A DNA stretch of 64,000 nucleotides from Phycisphaera sp. TMED24. GTDB lineage: Bacteria > Planctomycetota > Phycisphaerae > Phycisphaerales > SM1A02. The notes below the pieces were generated by a model. That model saw nothing but the letters and a program-made list of their open reading frames with translations. It was not told the origin of the DNA and did no database searches. Shown in pieces: positions 49,341 through 57,859 of the stretch; the first letter of the stretch is position 1; every line of letters begins with the position of its first letter. Made by a program: the position numbers and the translations under genes. The stretch covers positions 35,105-99,104 of the forward strand of contig NHCD02000037.1 in NCBI GenBank assembly GCA_002168105.2, read 5' to 3'.

Positions 49341-49414
49341 TCGGGGCGACAGGATTCGAACCTGCGACCTCTTGGTCCCAAACCAAGCGCTCTGCCAAGC
49401 TGAGCTACGCCCCG
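49341..49414 (-). tRNA. tRNA-Pro(TGG), CCA not encoded
   Basis: CGGGGCGTAGCTCAGCTTGGCAGAGCGCTTGGTTTGGGACCAAGAGGTCGCAGGTTCGAATCCTGTCGCCCCGA; forms a cloverleaf with anticodon TGG; TACAAT -10-like box upstream. Confidence 0.97.
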
Positions 49415-49544
49415 TGGCGAAGGGATGATTGTACTCCAACTCGTCGAATTGGCAGGAATTTGCCCTCAGAACCTGAGTGGAATTCTGGCTTGATCGGCAA
49501 AGATGCCCCGGTTCTGGGGTCTCTCGGTTAGAATTTGTACCGAT

Positions 49545-49958
49545 ATGATTCATATTGCTTCGACCTTGGCACCGGTTTCATCCAACCTCGACTCGTATCT
49601 CCCCGTCGTATTGATTGTGGTGATGGCCGTCGGATTCGGTGCGTTCAACCTCATCGCTACTGAGTTGATCGGCCCCAAAGTTGCTGGAAAAGTGAAAATG
49701 AGCACCTACGAGTCCGGGATGGACCCCATCGGAACCGCTCGTCAGCGTTTCCACGTGCGGTTCTATGTTCTGGCCATGACCTTCTTGCTGTTCGATGTTG
49801 AAGTCGTCTTCTTGTACCCCTGGGCAGTCGCTTACACCAAGGTTGCCCCTGGATCGCCAGAAGCAGGACTGTATTTGGGCCGGGTGCTGTTCTTCGTGCT
49901 GACTTCCATCGTGGCCTACGTGTACGCTTGGCGGAAGGGCGTCTTCCGCTTTGATTGA
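49545..49958 (+). CDS. nuoA: NADH-quinone oxidoreductase subunit A
   Basis: YESGMDPIG.ARQRFHVRFY..AMTFLLFDVEVVFLYPWAV, YAWRKGVFRFD. Confidence 0.95.
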   Translation: MIHIASTLAPVSSNLDSYLPVVLIVVMAVGFGAFNLIATELIGPKVAGKVKMSTYESGMDPIGTARQRFHVRFYVLAMTFLLFDVEVVFLYPWAVAYTKVAPGSPEAGLYLGRVLFFVLTSIVAYVYAWRKGVFRFD

Positions 49959-50142
49959 TTTCGGCCATCCGTTGGCTTCAGAGATCAACTTTTACGACAT
50001 TTCCCCAGGGCTTCAAGGGATGCTTTCTCGTCCCCTTGTGCTCCATTGTGGAGTCAACTTGACAATCTCGAACTTCACGAGATGATGCCAAACCCAAAGT
50101 CCAAACGTTCCTGAGTTTTCGGCGATGTTGACTTGGCCTATG

Positions 50143-50179
50143 AAAAAACCCTCGCCGCGGCGGCAACCGCTGGCGAGGG
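50143..50179 (-). terminator. Rho-independent terminator
   Basis: Minus strand CCCTCGCC(A)GCGG-TTGCCG-CCGCGGCGAGGG followed by TTTTTT. Confidence 0.85.
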
Positions 50180-50520
50180 CAAATCCGTTCGAACCTCCAG
50201 GTGGAACTTCCGTCTCACGACGGGAGTGTGGAGGGCTCGTTCGGTTGACGGCGGCCGTCCCGTGGCCATCCGTCAGTAACGACGTGGTGTGGCGTGAGGT
50301 CCATTGACCGGTAAACCGGCCGGAGTGGATCGCCCGCTCCCTGGGCGCCGCTCTGCTGCTTCGGGCTCCTTCCCAAAGCCAATGACTTCCTCGCTCCTTG
50401 CCTTTCTCCTCGTCGTGTTCTGTGGGCACATTGACGTGCCCATTGGTCTTGGTGGTGTCTTCCTGCGGGTGCCGGAGGCGGCGGCATCGTCCTGACGCGG
50501 CGCCACCCCCGGATTGCCCG
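50143..50520 (-). ncRNA. Candidate ~380-nt structured GGA-rich RNA (CsrB/RsmZ-like?) downstream of nrdJ
   Basis: Consecutive hairpins; 14 GGA counted by hand, several in loops; ends in an intrinsic terminator; no convincing ORF. Confidence 0.5.
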
Positions 50521-50531
50521 TAGAACTCAAT

Positions 50532-53500
50532 TCAAGAACACCCCTCTGAGTTCCCGCAGTCGTTGCACTTGTAGCAAGTACCGCTTCGCACGGTGATGGC
50601 ACCGCACACACTGCAGGGGGGGGAGTCCTGTTGCATGGCTCTCATTGCTCGATTCATGTTCTCTCGAGCCGTTTGTTCATCCGAAGAAGGAGCCGTTGCC
50701 GTTGCGACAGGCGCGGGCTCAGGTTCGGGTTCGGGTGATTCAAAACTGCCCTGGATACTTGCGGTAGGTTCATTGGCCGAAGGTGTGGGTTCGGTTGCAG
50801 TGGGTCGCTTTGATCCAACCTTGGGCTCGACCGCAGTTTTGGGTGTGGTGGTGATGGTGGCCGAGGGAGATTCACTGGCCTTTCGAGAGGCAGGCGTCGA
50901 CTTGTTGGTCGCTGAAGCAGTGCCGGAACCGGATTTGGTTCGTTTGGGGGCATTGTTTTCACGGAATCCATCGATGAATTCCATCCCCATCCATCGGAAG
51001 ATGTAATCAACCAGACTCTTGGCGAATGGAATTTCCGGGTTCGAGGACATGCCCATGGGTTCGAAGCGTTGGTGGGCAAACTTCTTGACCAGACTTTCAA
51101 CCGGTACGCCGTACTGCAAGGCCACACTGATGGCCGTGCCCAGAGAATCCATCAAGCCTCCGATGGTGGACCCTTCCTTGCTCATGGTGATGAACAACTC
51201 GCCTGGCTGCCCATCTTCGTAAAGGCCCACTGTCAGGTATCCCTCATGCCCGGCCACATTGAAACGGTGGGTCAAACTACGGCGAGTGTCTGGAAGTCGA
51301 CGACGCATCGGACGTTCGACCACTCGCTCGGTGACTTGGGTTTGGATTGCTTCTGTAGCGGTGGTGGTGGGAGCACCGACATTGCCCTCAATGGTTTGAG
51401 CAATGTTCGACACTTCGGTCGACACCTCGTCGATGGCCTCGATAAGGCCGTCGTCTTCTCCGTCTTCCTCCTCGGTGGTATCACTTGAGGAGTTCAGAGG
51501 CTGGCTGAGCTTGCAACCATCGCGATACAACGCATTGGCCTTCAGGCCCAGTTCCCAAGACATGGTGTAAGAGGCCGCAACTTCTTCGATCGTGGCACTG
51601 TTGGGAAGGTTGACGGTCTTGGAGATAGCACCCGAAAGGAATGGCTGCGAGGCAGCCATCATGCGAATGTGCCCTTCTGCGGCGATATACCGTGTGCCGA
51701 TGCGGCCGCAGGTGTTGGCACAGTCGAAGACGGCCAGGTGCTTTTCGCTCAGATGCGGGGCGCCTTCAATGGTTTGCGTGCCGCAGATGATGTCAGAAAG
51801 TTCGCGGATCTCGCTGGGCTTCAGACCCAACGCCTTCAGTCCGTCGAAGCTGAAGTCTGCTTGAGCAGCAGTTGCGTCAATGCCAGCGCGTGTCAGCACC
51901 GAGGCAGGCATGCTGTAGGCATTGAAGGCGAAGGGCAACTCAAATTGAGAAGGAAGTGACTCAGTGAGCGTTTGCAAATCTGATTCGGTGTATCCAGCTT
52001 CGCTGAGGAACTCGCGGAACGAGCAGTTTCGGCCGGTGATTTCGGCATCAAGGTTCTGGGTCCCCAAGACGTAGGCGAGAATGTCAGAGATTTGACTTTC
52101 TTCGTAGCCCAACGATTGCAGTGCGGGCTCAAGGGAAGCGTTGGCAATCTTGAAATAGCCACCGCCAGCGAGCTTCTTGAATTTCACGAGTGCGAAATCA
52201 GGTTCAACGCCGGTGGTATCGCAATCCATCAGCAGGCCAATGGTGCCGGTCGGGGCGATCACGCTGACCTGAGCGTTTCTGTAACCGAACTTTTCTCCCA
52301 AGGCGTAGGCATCATCCCATGCTGCAACAGCACGGTCTTGCAATCGGGAAGCGTCGGCAATAGGCACGCCGCCAACTTCAAAGAGGCCGTGGTCCACCGG
52401 GACCGGGCTGATGGTGAGGCCTTCATATTCCTCTGAAGAACGCTCAACACCGTGGGCGGCACGCCGGTGGTTGCGAATGACCCGCAACATGTTCTCTTTG
52501 TTTTCGGTGTAACCCGCGAATGCTCCGAGCTCTCGAGCCATTTCGGCACTGGTTGCGTAAGAGCGTCCGGTCAGGATAGCCGTGACGGTGGCACAGATGG
52601 CACGACCTGCTTCGGAGTCGTATGGAATGCCCATCTGCATGAGCATTGCGCCGAGATTGGCGAAGCCCAGGCCGAGGGTTCGGTATTTCCAAGATCGTTC
52701 CGCGATGGCTTCGCTGGGGAACGCGGCCATAAGTACGCTGATTTCGAGAACGATGGTCCAAAGACGGGTGGCGTGTTCGAATCCGTCTACGTCAAACCGT
52801 CCGCTCTCACGGTCGTAGAACTTCATGAGGTTGATGGACGCGAGATTGCATGCCGTGTCGTCCAAGAACATGTACTCGGAACATGGGTTCGAAGCGTTGA
52901 TACGCCCTTCCGATGGACACGTGTGCCATTCATTAATGGTGCCGTCGTACTGCAGACCAGGGTCAGCACATCGCCAGGCGGCAAAGCAAATTTGATCCCA
53001 GAGCTCCTTGGCGGGGATGGACTTCGCCACCGAGCCATCGGTTCGGTTGGTGAGATTCCAGTCGGCGCCAGACTCAACCGCTTGGAAGAATTCATTGGAG
53101 AGCCGAATGGAGTTGTTGGAGTTTTGGCCGCTGACGGTGTAGTACGCCTCGCCGTTGAAGTCGTAGTCGAGGGTGAGCCCCAACTTGTCGGCGAGTGCTT
53201 TGTGCTCGTCGCCCAGACACTTCAGACCTTCAACCAGAGCCGCGACTTTGATCTCTTCCCGAACCTTCCAGTTCACGAAAGCTTCGATATCGGGGTGATC
53301 TGCATCAAGGCAAACCATTTTCGCGGCGCGACGGGTGGTGCCGCCCGATTTGATGGCACCAGCGGCCCGGTCGCCGATCTTGAGGAAGCTCATGAGGCCG
53401 GAACTCCGACCACCACCAGACAACGGCTCGTCAGAGCCACGGATGTTGGAGAAGTTCGTGCCGGTGCCGGAGCCGTACTTGAAGAGTCGAGCTTCACGGG

Positions 53501-54095
53501 TCCAAAGATCCATGATTCCACCTTCGCCCACCAGATCATCACCAACTGATTGGATGAAGCAGGCGTGCGGCTGCGGGTGTGAATAAGCATCAGTAGCCAA
53601 CCGGCATTCGCCAGTGGTGGGATCAGCGATCCAGTGTCCTTGGGCAGGACCAGTGATGCCGTAGGCATCGTACAATCCAGTGTTGAACCACTGGGGGGAG
53701 TTGGGGGCGGTGGCTTGGGTCACCATCATCCAACTGATTTCGTCTTGGAATGCATCGGCATCAGCACTGCTGTCGAAGTACCCGTGTCGTTCTCCCCAGT
53801 TCCGCCAGCAGGAGGCGAGACGGCCAATGACTTGCTTGGCGGAACGCTCGGGTCCGGTGGGTGCGTCGGTATCGATGGTGCCGTCCGCTTTGTACGTCGG
53901 TACTCCGGCTTTGCGGAAATACTTGCTGACCATGATGTCGGTCGCCAACTGGCTCCAAGCCTCCGGCACTTCGGCGTCGTTCATCTCAAACACCACCGAA
54001 CCGTCGGCGTTGTTGATTCGACTGGATCTCTTGGTCCACTTGATCGTGGAGAAGACGTCGGTCCCGGCTTGGGTGAATCGTCTGGTGATCCGCAT
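50532..54095 (-). CDS. nrdJ: Class II (adenosylcobalamin-dependent) ribonucleotide reductase with TSCPD domain and C-terminal Zn ribbon
   Basis: APNSPQWFNTG, PQPHACFIQSV, GGTTRRAAKM, ASNPCSEYMFLDDTACNLAS, IAPTGTIG, GAISKTVN, ALYRDG, CSVCG..CYKCNDCGNSEGCS; ATG 54095 with AAGGAA upstream. Confidence 0.96.
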   Translation of the reverse strand: MRITRRFTQAGTDVFSTIKWTKRSSRINNADGSVVFEMNDAEVPEAWSQLATDIMVSKYFRKAGVPTYKADGTIDTDAPTGPERSAKQVIGRLASCWRNWGERHGYFDSSADADAFQDEISWMMVTQATAPNSPQWFNTGLYDAYGITGPAQGHWIADPTTGECRLATDAYSHPQPHACFIQSVGDDLVGEGGIMDLWTREARLFKYGSGTGTNFSNIRGSDEPLSGGGRSSGLMSFLKIGDRAAGAIKSGGTTRRAAKMVCLDADHPDIEAFVNWKVREEIKVAALVEGLKCLGDEHKALADKLGLTLDYDFNGEAYYTVSGQNSNNSIRLSNEFFQAVESGADWNLTNRTDGSVAKSIPAKELWDQICFAAWRCADPGLQYDGTINEWHTCPSEGRINASNPCSEYMFLDDTACNLASINLMKFYDRESGRFDVDGFEHATRLWTIVLEISVLMAAFPSEAIAERSWKYRTLGLGFANLGAMLMQMGIPYDSEAGRAICATVTAILTGRSYATSAEMARELGAFAGYTENKENMLRVIRNHRRAAHGVERSSEEYEGLTISPVPVDHGLFEVGGVPIADASRLQDRAVAAWDDAYALGEKFGYRNAQVSVIAPTGTIGLLMDCDTTGVEPDFALVKFKKLAGGGYFKIANASLEPALQSLGYEESQISDILAYVLGTQNLDAEITGRNCSFREFLSEAGYTESDLQTLTESLPSQFELPFAFNAYSMPASVLTRAGIDATAAQADFSFDGLKALGLKPSEIRELSDIICGTQTIEGAPHLSEKHLAVFDCANTCGRIGTRYIAAEGHIRMMAASQPFLSGAISKTVNLPNSATIEEVAASYTMSWELGLKANALYRDGCKLSQPLNSSSDTTEEEDGEDDGLIEAIDEVSTEVSNIAQTIEGNVGAPTTTATEAIQTQVTERVVERPMRRRLPDTRRSLTHRFNVAGHEGYLTVGLYEDGQPGELFITMSKEGSTIGGLMDSLGTAISVALQYGVPVESLVKKFAHQRFEPMGMSSNPEIPFAKSLVDYIFRWMGMEFIDGFRENNAPKRTKSGSGTASATNKSTPASRKASESPSATITTTPKTAVEPKVGSKRPTATEPTPSANEPTASIQGSFESPEPEPEPAPVATATAPSSDEQTARENMNRAMRAMQQDSPPCSVCGAITVRSGTCYKCNDCGNSEGCS

Positions 54096-54315
54096 GGTTA
54101 TGTATTCCTTACTCTGGCCGGTCGGCCATCTCATCCAACACGCTGTCGACCACGCACCCACGGTGGTGCGAGTCCCCTGATAGAGCGGTGCATCACAAAG
54201 TGATCCACCTCGGTGCCCACGCCCAATATGAACAGAAACCTGTACAAATCGCCGTCCTGTCCAACTGGCCTGTGAGGGACCAAATGTTAGACGCGACGAT
54301 GGGGGAGCGGGACGG

Positions 54316-54368
54316 AAGATACCCCAATATCTTGTGGTTGCAAGCTGGCGAACCACCAAATCTTCCAT
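54316..54368 (-). promoter_or_regulatory. Putative nrdJ sigma70 promoter with tandem NrdR boxes
   Basis: -35 TTGCAA (54343-54338) and -10 TATCTT (54321-54316). The 16-bp spacer CCCCAATATCTTGTGG (54322-54337, plus strand) fits the NrdR consensus acaCwAtATaTwGtgt. A weaker second box lies 31 bp away (54353-54368). Confidence 0.75.
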
Positions 54369-54482
54369 CCCCTGTCGAGTGTTTTCCAAGTCACTGTGTT
54401 TCAAGGTATTGCGAAACCGGCAGTTGTCGCGTGGCTGTGGACGACTTGCCGCGTTCCGTGCGGGCTTGCTTAAACTCCACGC

Positions 54483-56789
54483 GTGGATCTGCCCAAACCC
54501 AATGCCGCGGCCGCCGCTCTTCAGCCCTATTTGGCTGGTCTGACACCATCCCAAAGGTCTGTGGTGGACCACCGAGGTGGACCTTTGCTGGTCAATGCAG
54601 GGCCTGGGAGTGGCAAGACCACCGTCGTCACCCACCGGATCGCGTCTCTCATTGCCGAAGGGGTTGCGCCGTGGCGCATTCTAGGATTGACCTTCACCAA
54701 CAAAGCCGCCCAAGAAATGCGGGGTCGAGTTGAAGCTTTGCTGGAGCACGCAGGGTTGACCGCCGACGGTGTCCTGCTGTGCACTTTTCACAGCTTCGGG
54801 GCAAGGTTGATGCGAACCTTGCCTAATGAGTTTGGCGTCCCTGCTCGCTTTGTGATTCTTGATGCGGCCGATCAAAAGTCAGCAATCAAGCAAGCCATAC
54901 GAGCTGCGAACTTGGACCCAAAATCATTCACTCCGGCCTCCATCAGTTCCGCAATCAGTGCCGCCAAGAATCAACTGAAAAACGCAGAAGCCTACGAAAG
55001 TGAGGCGGTCGATTTTCTGACCCGCGCGGTGGCCAAGACGTATCACGAATACGAATCACGATTGAAGATGCAAGAGGCGGTCGACTTTGATGACCTGCTG
55101 ATGCGGCCAGCGGTGGCGTTGCGTGACCAGCCCGAACTCCGCGCGCGCCTGACCCAGCGGTGGACCCATTTGCTCATCGACGAATACCAAGACACCAACT
55201 TTGCCCAATTCTTGGTTGCCGACTTGTTGGTCTCGGAGGCTCGAAACGTCACGGTGGTGGGTGATCCTGATCAATCCATTTATGGGTGGCGGGGCGCGAA
55301 CATCGGAAACATCCTTGAATTTGAAACCCGATATCCAGATGCCAAAGTGATCCCATTGGGGGAAAACTTTAGATCGACCAAGACCATTGTCTCCGCCGCT
55401 GATGCGCTCATACGGCACAACGAGCAGCGCAAGCCCAAAAATCTGGTGGCGGCCAACGACACTGGTGACCGAGTTCAAATTCGCCGCTCCGAAGATGAGC
55501 GTGGTGAGGCGCAAGATGTTGTTGACCACTTGAAAGAGGTGGAACGGTCAGGAACCCCTTGGTCCGAAATGGCGGTGTTGTACCGGATGAACGCACTTTC
55601 TCGTGTTTTTGAAGAAGTGCTTCGTCGCGAAGGCGTGCCTTACATCGTGGCCAAGGGGACTTCGTTCTTTGAACGGAAAGAAGTTCGTGATGCGGTTGGT
55701 TACCTGAGGTTGTTGGCCAATCCACGTGATGAAGTCGCTCTTGAGCGTGTGGTCAACATGCCGCCCCGTGGGATCGGGGCCACCAGTTGGTCCCGGGTCA
55801 TCGGTGAGGCTCGAGCGTCCAATCAATCGGTGTGGGAGGTCATGCAGTCTCCCTCGAGAATCGAAGGAGTCTCCGCCCGGGCCGCCAAAGCAATTGAATC
55901 TTTCGTCGATATGGTTCAGGGGTGGCGATCGATCTTGGGCCAGGCGGGGGTGATCGAAGCGCTTTCCCGCGACCTCTCTGACGCCGTGCAGCGTGTCATC
56001 GATGAATCTGGTTTGGCCGCCCATTACGCACGCGGCGGAACGGAAGAGGACCACGACCGCGTAGAAAATCTTGATGAGTTGGTCTCCGCGGCGGCAGATT
56101 TCCCTGGAGTGGTTTCCGAATTGCCAGGCTTGGCAGCGGATGCTGAGCCAACTTTTGAACACGATGTGCAGACGCTTGAGGCGCATCTTTTTGGCTGGTT
56201 GGAGTCCATCAGTCTGGTGGCCGACTCCGATCAGGTGGATCCCACCCGTGGCGTCTTGACCTTGATGTCTCTGCACGCCTCAAAAGGACTTGAGTTTGAA
56301 GAAGTGGTGGTGGCAGGATGTGAAGAAAGCCTTCTGCCCCATCAGCGGTCGATCGGGGATACTGAAGCCATCGAAGAAGAGCGGCGTCTTTTGTTTGTTG
56401 GCATGACCCGAGCCAAAAAGAACCTCACCCTCACAAGTGCAAAATCAAGACCGGTCCGTGGCTTCCGTGAACGCACCATCGAAAGTCAGTTCTTGTCTGA
56501 AATTCCTGAAGAACTGGTCGAACGTTGGGAGGCCAACGAAAACGCATCGGTCGACTCTTTTTTGCAGGGCAGCTCACCCTCACCTCTTGGGGGACGACGT
56601 GGCCCCAGTGGTCGTCGTCTCGCCAGTCTCTTTCCGGTGGGTTGCCTTGTAGAACACGAACAGTTTGGGGTAGGGCGGGTGGAAGCCATCATGCCACGTC
56701 CTACGGGCACAACCGCCCGTATTGATTTTCGATACGACGGGGTCAAGACCATCATTTTGGAGTACGCCAAATTGGAGCGTCTTGAGTGA
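54483..56789 (+). CDS. pcrA: UvrD/PcrA ATP-dependent DNA helicase
   Basis: NAGPGSGKT, TFTNKAA, TFHSF, IDEYQDTN, VVGDPDQSIYGWRGA, ENFRST, SLHASKGLEF, EERRLLFVGMTRA, C-terminal Tudor-like VEHEQFGVG. Confidence 0.95.
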   Translation: MDLPKPNAAAAALQPYLAGLTPSQRSVVDHRGGPLLVNAGPGSGKTTVVTHRIASLIAEGVAPWRILGLTFTNKAAQEMRGRVEALLEHAGLTADGVLLCTFHSFGARLMRTLPNEFGVPARFVILDAADQKSAIKQAIRAANLDPKSFTPASISSAISAAKNQLKNAEAYESEAVDFLTRAVAKTYHEYESRLKMQEAVDFDDLLMRPAVALRDQPELRARLTQRWTHLLIDEYQDTNFAQFLVADLLVSEARNVTVVGDPDQSIYGWRGANIGNILEFETRYPDAKVIPLGENFRSTKTIVSAADALIRHNEQRKPKNLVAANDTGDRVQIRRSEDERGEAQDVVDHLKEVERSGTPWSEMAVLYRMNALSRVFEEVLRREGVPYIVAKGTSFFERKEVRDAVGYLRLLANPRDEVALERVVNMPPRGIGATSWSRVIGEARASNQSVWEVMQSPSRIEGVSARAAKAIESFVDMVQGWRSILGQAGVIEALSRDLSDAVQRVIDESGLAAHYARGGTEEDHDRVENLDELVSAAADFPGVVSELPGLAADAEPTFEHDVQTLEAHLFGWLESISLVADSDQVDPTRGVLTLMSLHASKGLEFEEVVVAGCEESLLPHQRSIGDTEAIEEERRLLFVGMTRAKKNLTLTSAKSRPVRGFRERTIESQFLSEIPEELVERWEANENASVDSFLQGSSPSPLGGRRGPSGRRLASLFPVGCLVEHEQFGVGRVEAIMPRPTGTTARIDFRYDGVKTIILEYAKLERLE

Positions 56790-57829
56790 ACAGCGATCAG
56801 GTGCGATCAATTGCCCTTGAACTGGGATTCGGTTCGGTTGGCATTGGGCCTTCAATTCCCAAGCGCCCAGAAGTGCATCAGGCCTGGATCAAAGCAGGAT
56901 GTCATGGAGAGATGGCATGGATGGAATCGCACCAGGACGTTGCCGCTGATCCCAACCTTGTACTCCCCGGGGCCATCCGCGCGATCTGCATATTGGATCG
57001 GTACCCCGGGTCTGCGTCTGAAGAAGTTCCTCCACGGTTCGGTCGGGTGGCCCGGTACGCACGCGGGAAGGACTACCACCTCCACACTCTGAAGCGTTTG
57101 CAGCAACTCGCGGAGCGGCTGTCTTCCGTCTTCCCTGAAGGGGCCTTCCGCGCTTGCGTGGATACCGTGCCGCTTCTGGAACGTGACCTTGCCAGTGGTG
57201 CAGGTCTGGGCCGGGTCGGCAAGCACACATTGTTGATTGAGCCTTCGAAGGGCTCTTGGGCAGTGCTTGGCGTGCTGTTGACCACAGTGCCTTTCGAGAT
57301 GGATGCGCCGCTCGGTGAAGACCCATGTGGCACGTGCACACGTTGTATTGAAGCCTGTCCGACGGACGCCATTGAACCTTGGAAAGTCGATGCTCGACGG
57401 TGCATTTCCTATTTGACCTTGGAACACCGCTCCGCCATTCCGTCGGAGCTTCACGAGGCTCTCGGTGACTGGCTCGCTGGGTGCGACATCTGTCAGGAAG
57501 TATGTCCCCACAATCAGCCGACGACCGCTCGTGCCAACACCTCGCATGCCGAAGCCTTAAAGCCAGGTCGTCAAGGATTTGATCTGCTCGAGGTTTTGGG
57601 TTGGTCTGAAGAGGACCGCCGAGCCGCTTTCCAAGGCTCCGCGCTCAAGCGTGTCAAATACGACGCCCTCAAACGGAACGCGTTGATCCTTCTCACCAAT
57701 CAAGTTTGCCAAGGGGACTTGGAGGCCAAATCAACGTTGCTCGAGCAAATACACGCCATTGAGCAAAGTGCAACTGCTTCCGAGGTCTTACGAGAAACCG
57801 TTCGGGTGTGCCGGATGCGATTGGGATAG
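56786..57829 (+). CDS. queG: tRNA epoxyqueuosine reductase
   Basis: HGEMAWM, RVARYARGKDYH, VDTVPLLER, CGTCTRCIEACPT, DARRCISYLT, GCDICQEVCPHN. Confidence 0.95.
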   Translation: MNSDQVRSIALELGFGSVGIGPSIPKRPEVHQAWIKAGCHGEMAWMESHQDVAADPNLVLPGAIRAICILDRYPGSASEEVPPRFGRVARYARGKDYHLHTLKRLQQLAERLSSVFPEGAFRACVDTVPLLERDLASGAGLGRVGKHTLLIEPSKGSWAVLGVLLTTVPFEMDAPLGEDPCGTCTRCIEACPTDAIEPWKVDARRCISYLTLEHRSAIPSELHEALGDWLAGCDICQEVCPHNQPTTARANTSHAEALKPGRQGFDLLEVLGWSEEDRRAAFQGSALKRVKYDALKRNALILLTNQVCQGDLEAKSTLLEQIHAIEQSATASEVLRETVRVCRMRLG

Positions 57830-57859
57830 CAACTGGTCTCGGCCAGTTCTGAAGAACCT

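Noticed and set aside
44656-50120. Identical 12-mer TCCTGAGTTTTC in two intergenic regions (44656-44667 and 50109-50120)
   Set aside because: Only two copies with different contexts; a chance match of this length is plausible in 64 kb.
50149-50240. GAGC...GTGA loop...AC...GTTC hairpin resembling group II intron domain V, followed by a bulged-A stem
   Set aside because: The hairpin is too long for D5, the bulged A is on the wrong (5') arm and belongs to the terminator, and there is no intron 5' end or RT. RNase P, tmRNA and SRP signatures are also absent.
50013-50611. Small ORFs between nuoA and nrdJ (138, 90 and 112 aa)
   Set aside because: Low-complexity Arg/Pro/Gly translations; the longest runs through the terminator.
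54096-54315. Cobalamin riboswitch upstream of nrdJ
   Set aside because: No B12-box or the conserved GGGAA/GCCACTG elements are visible.
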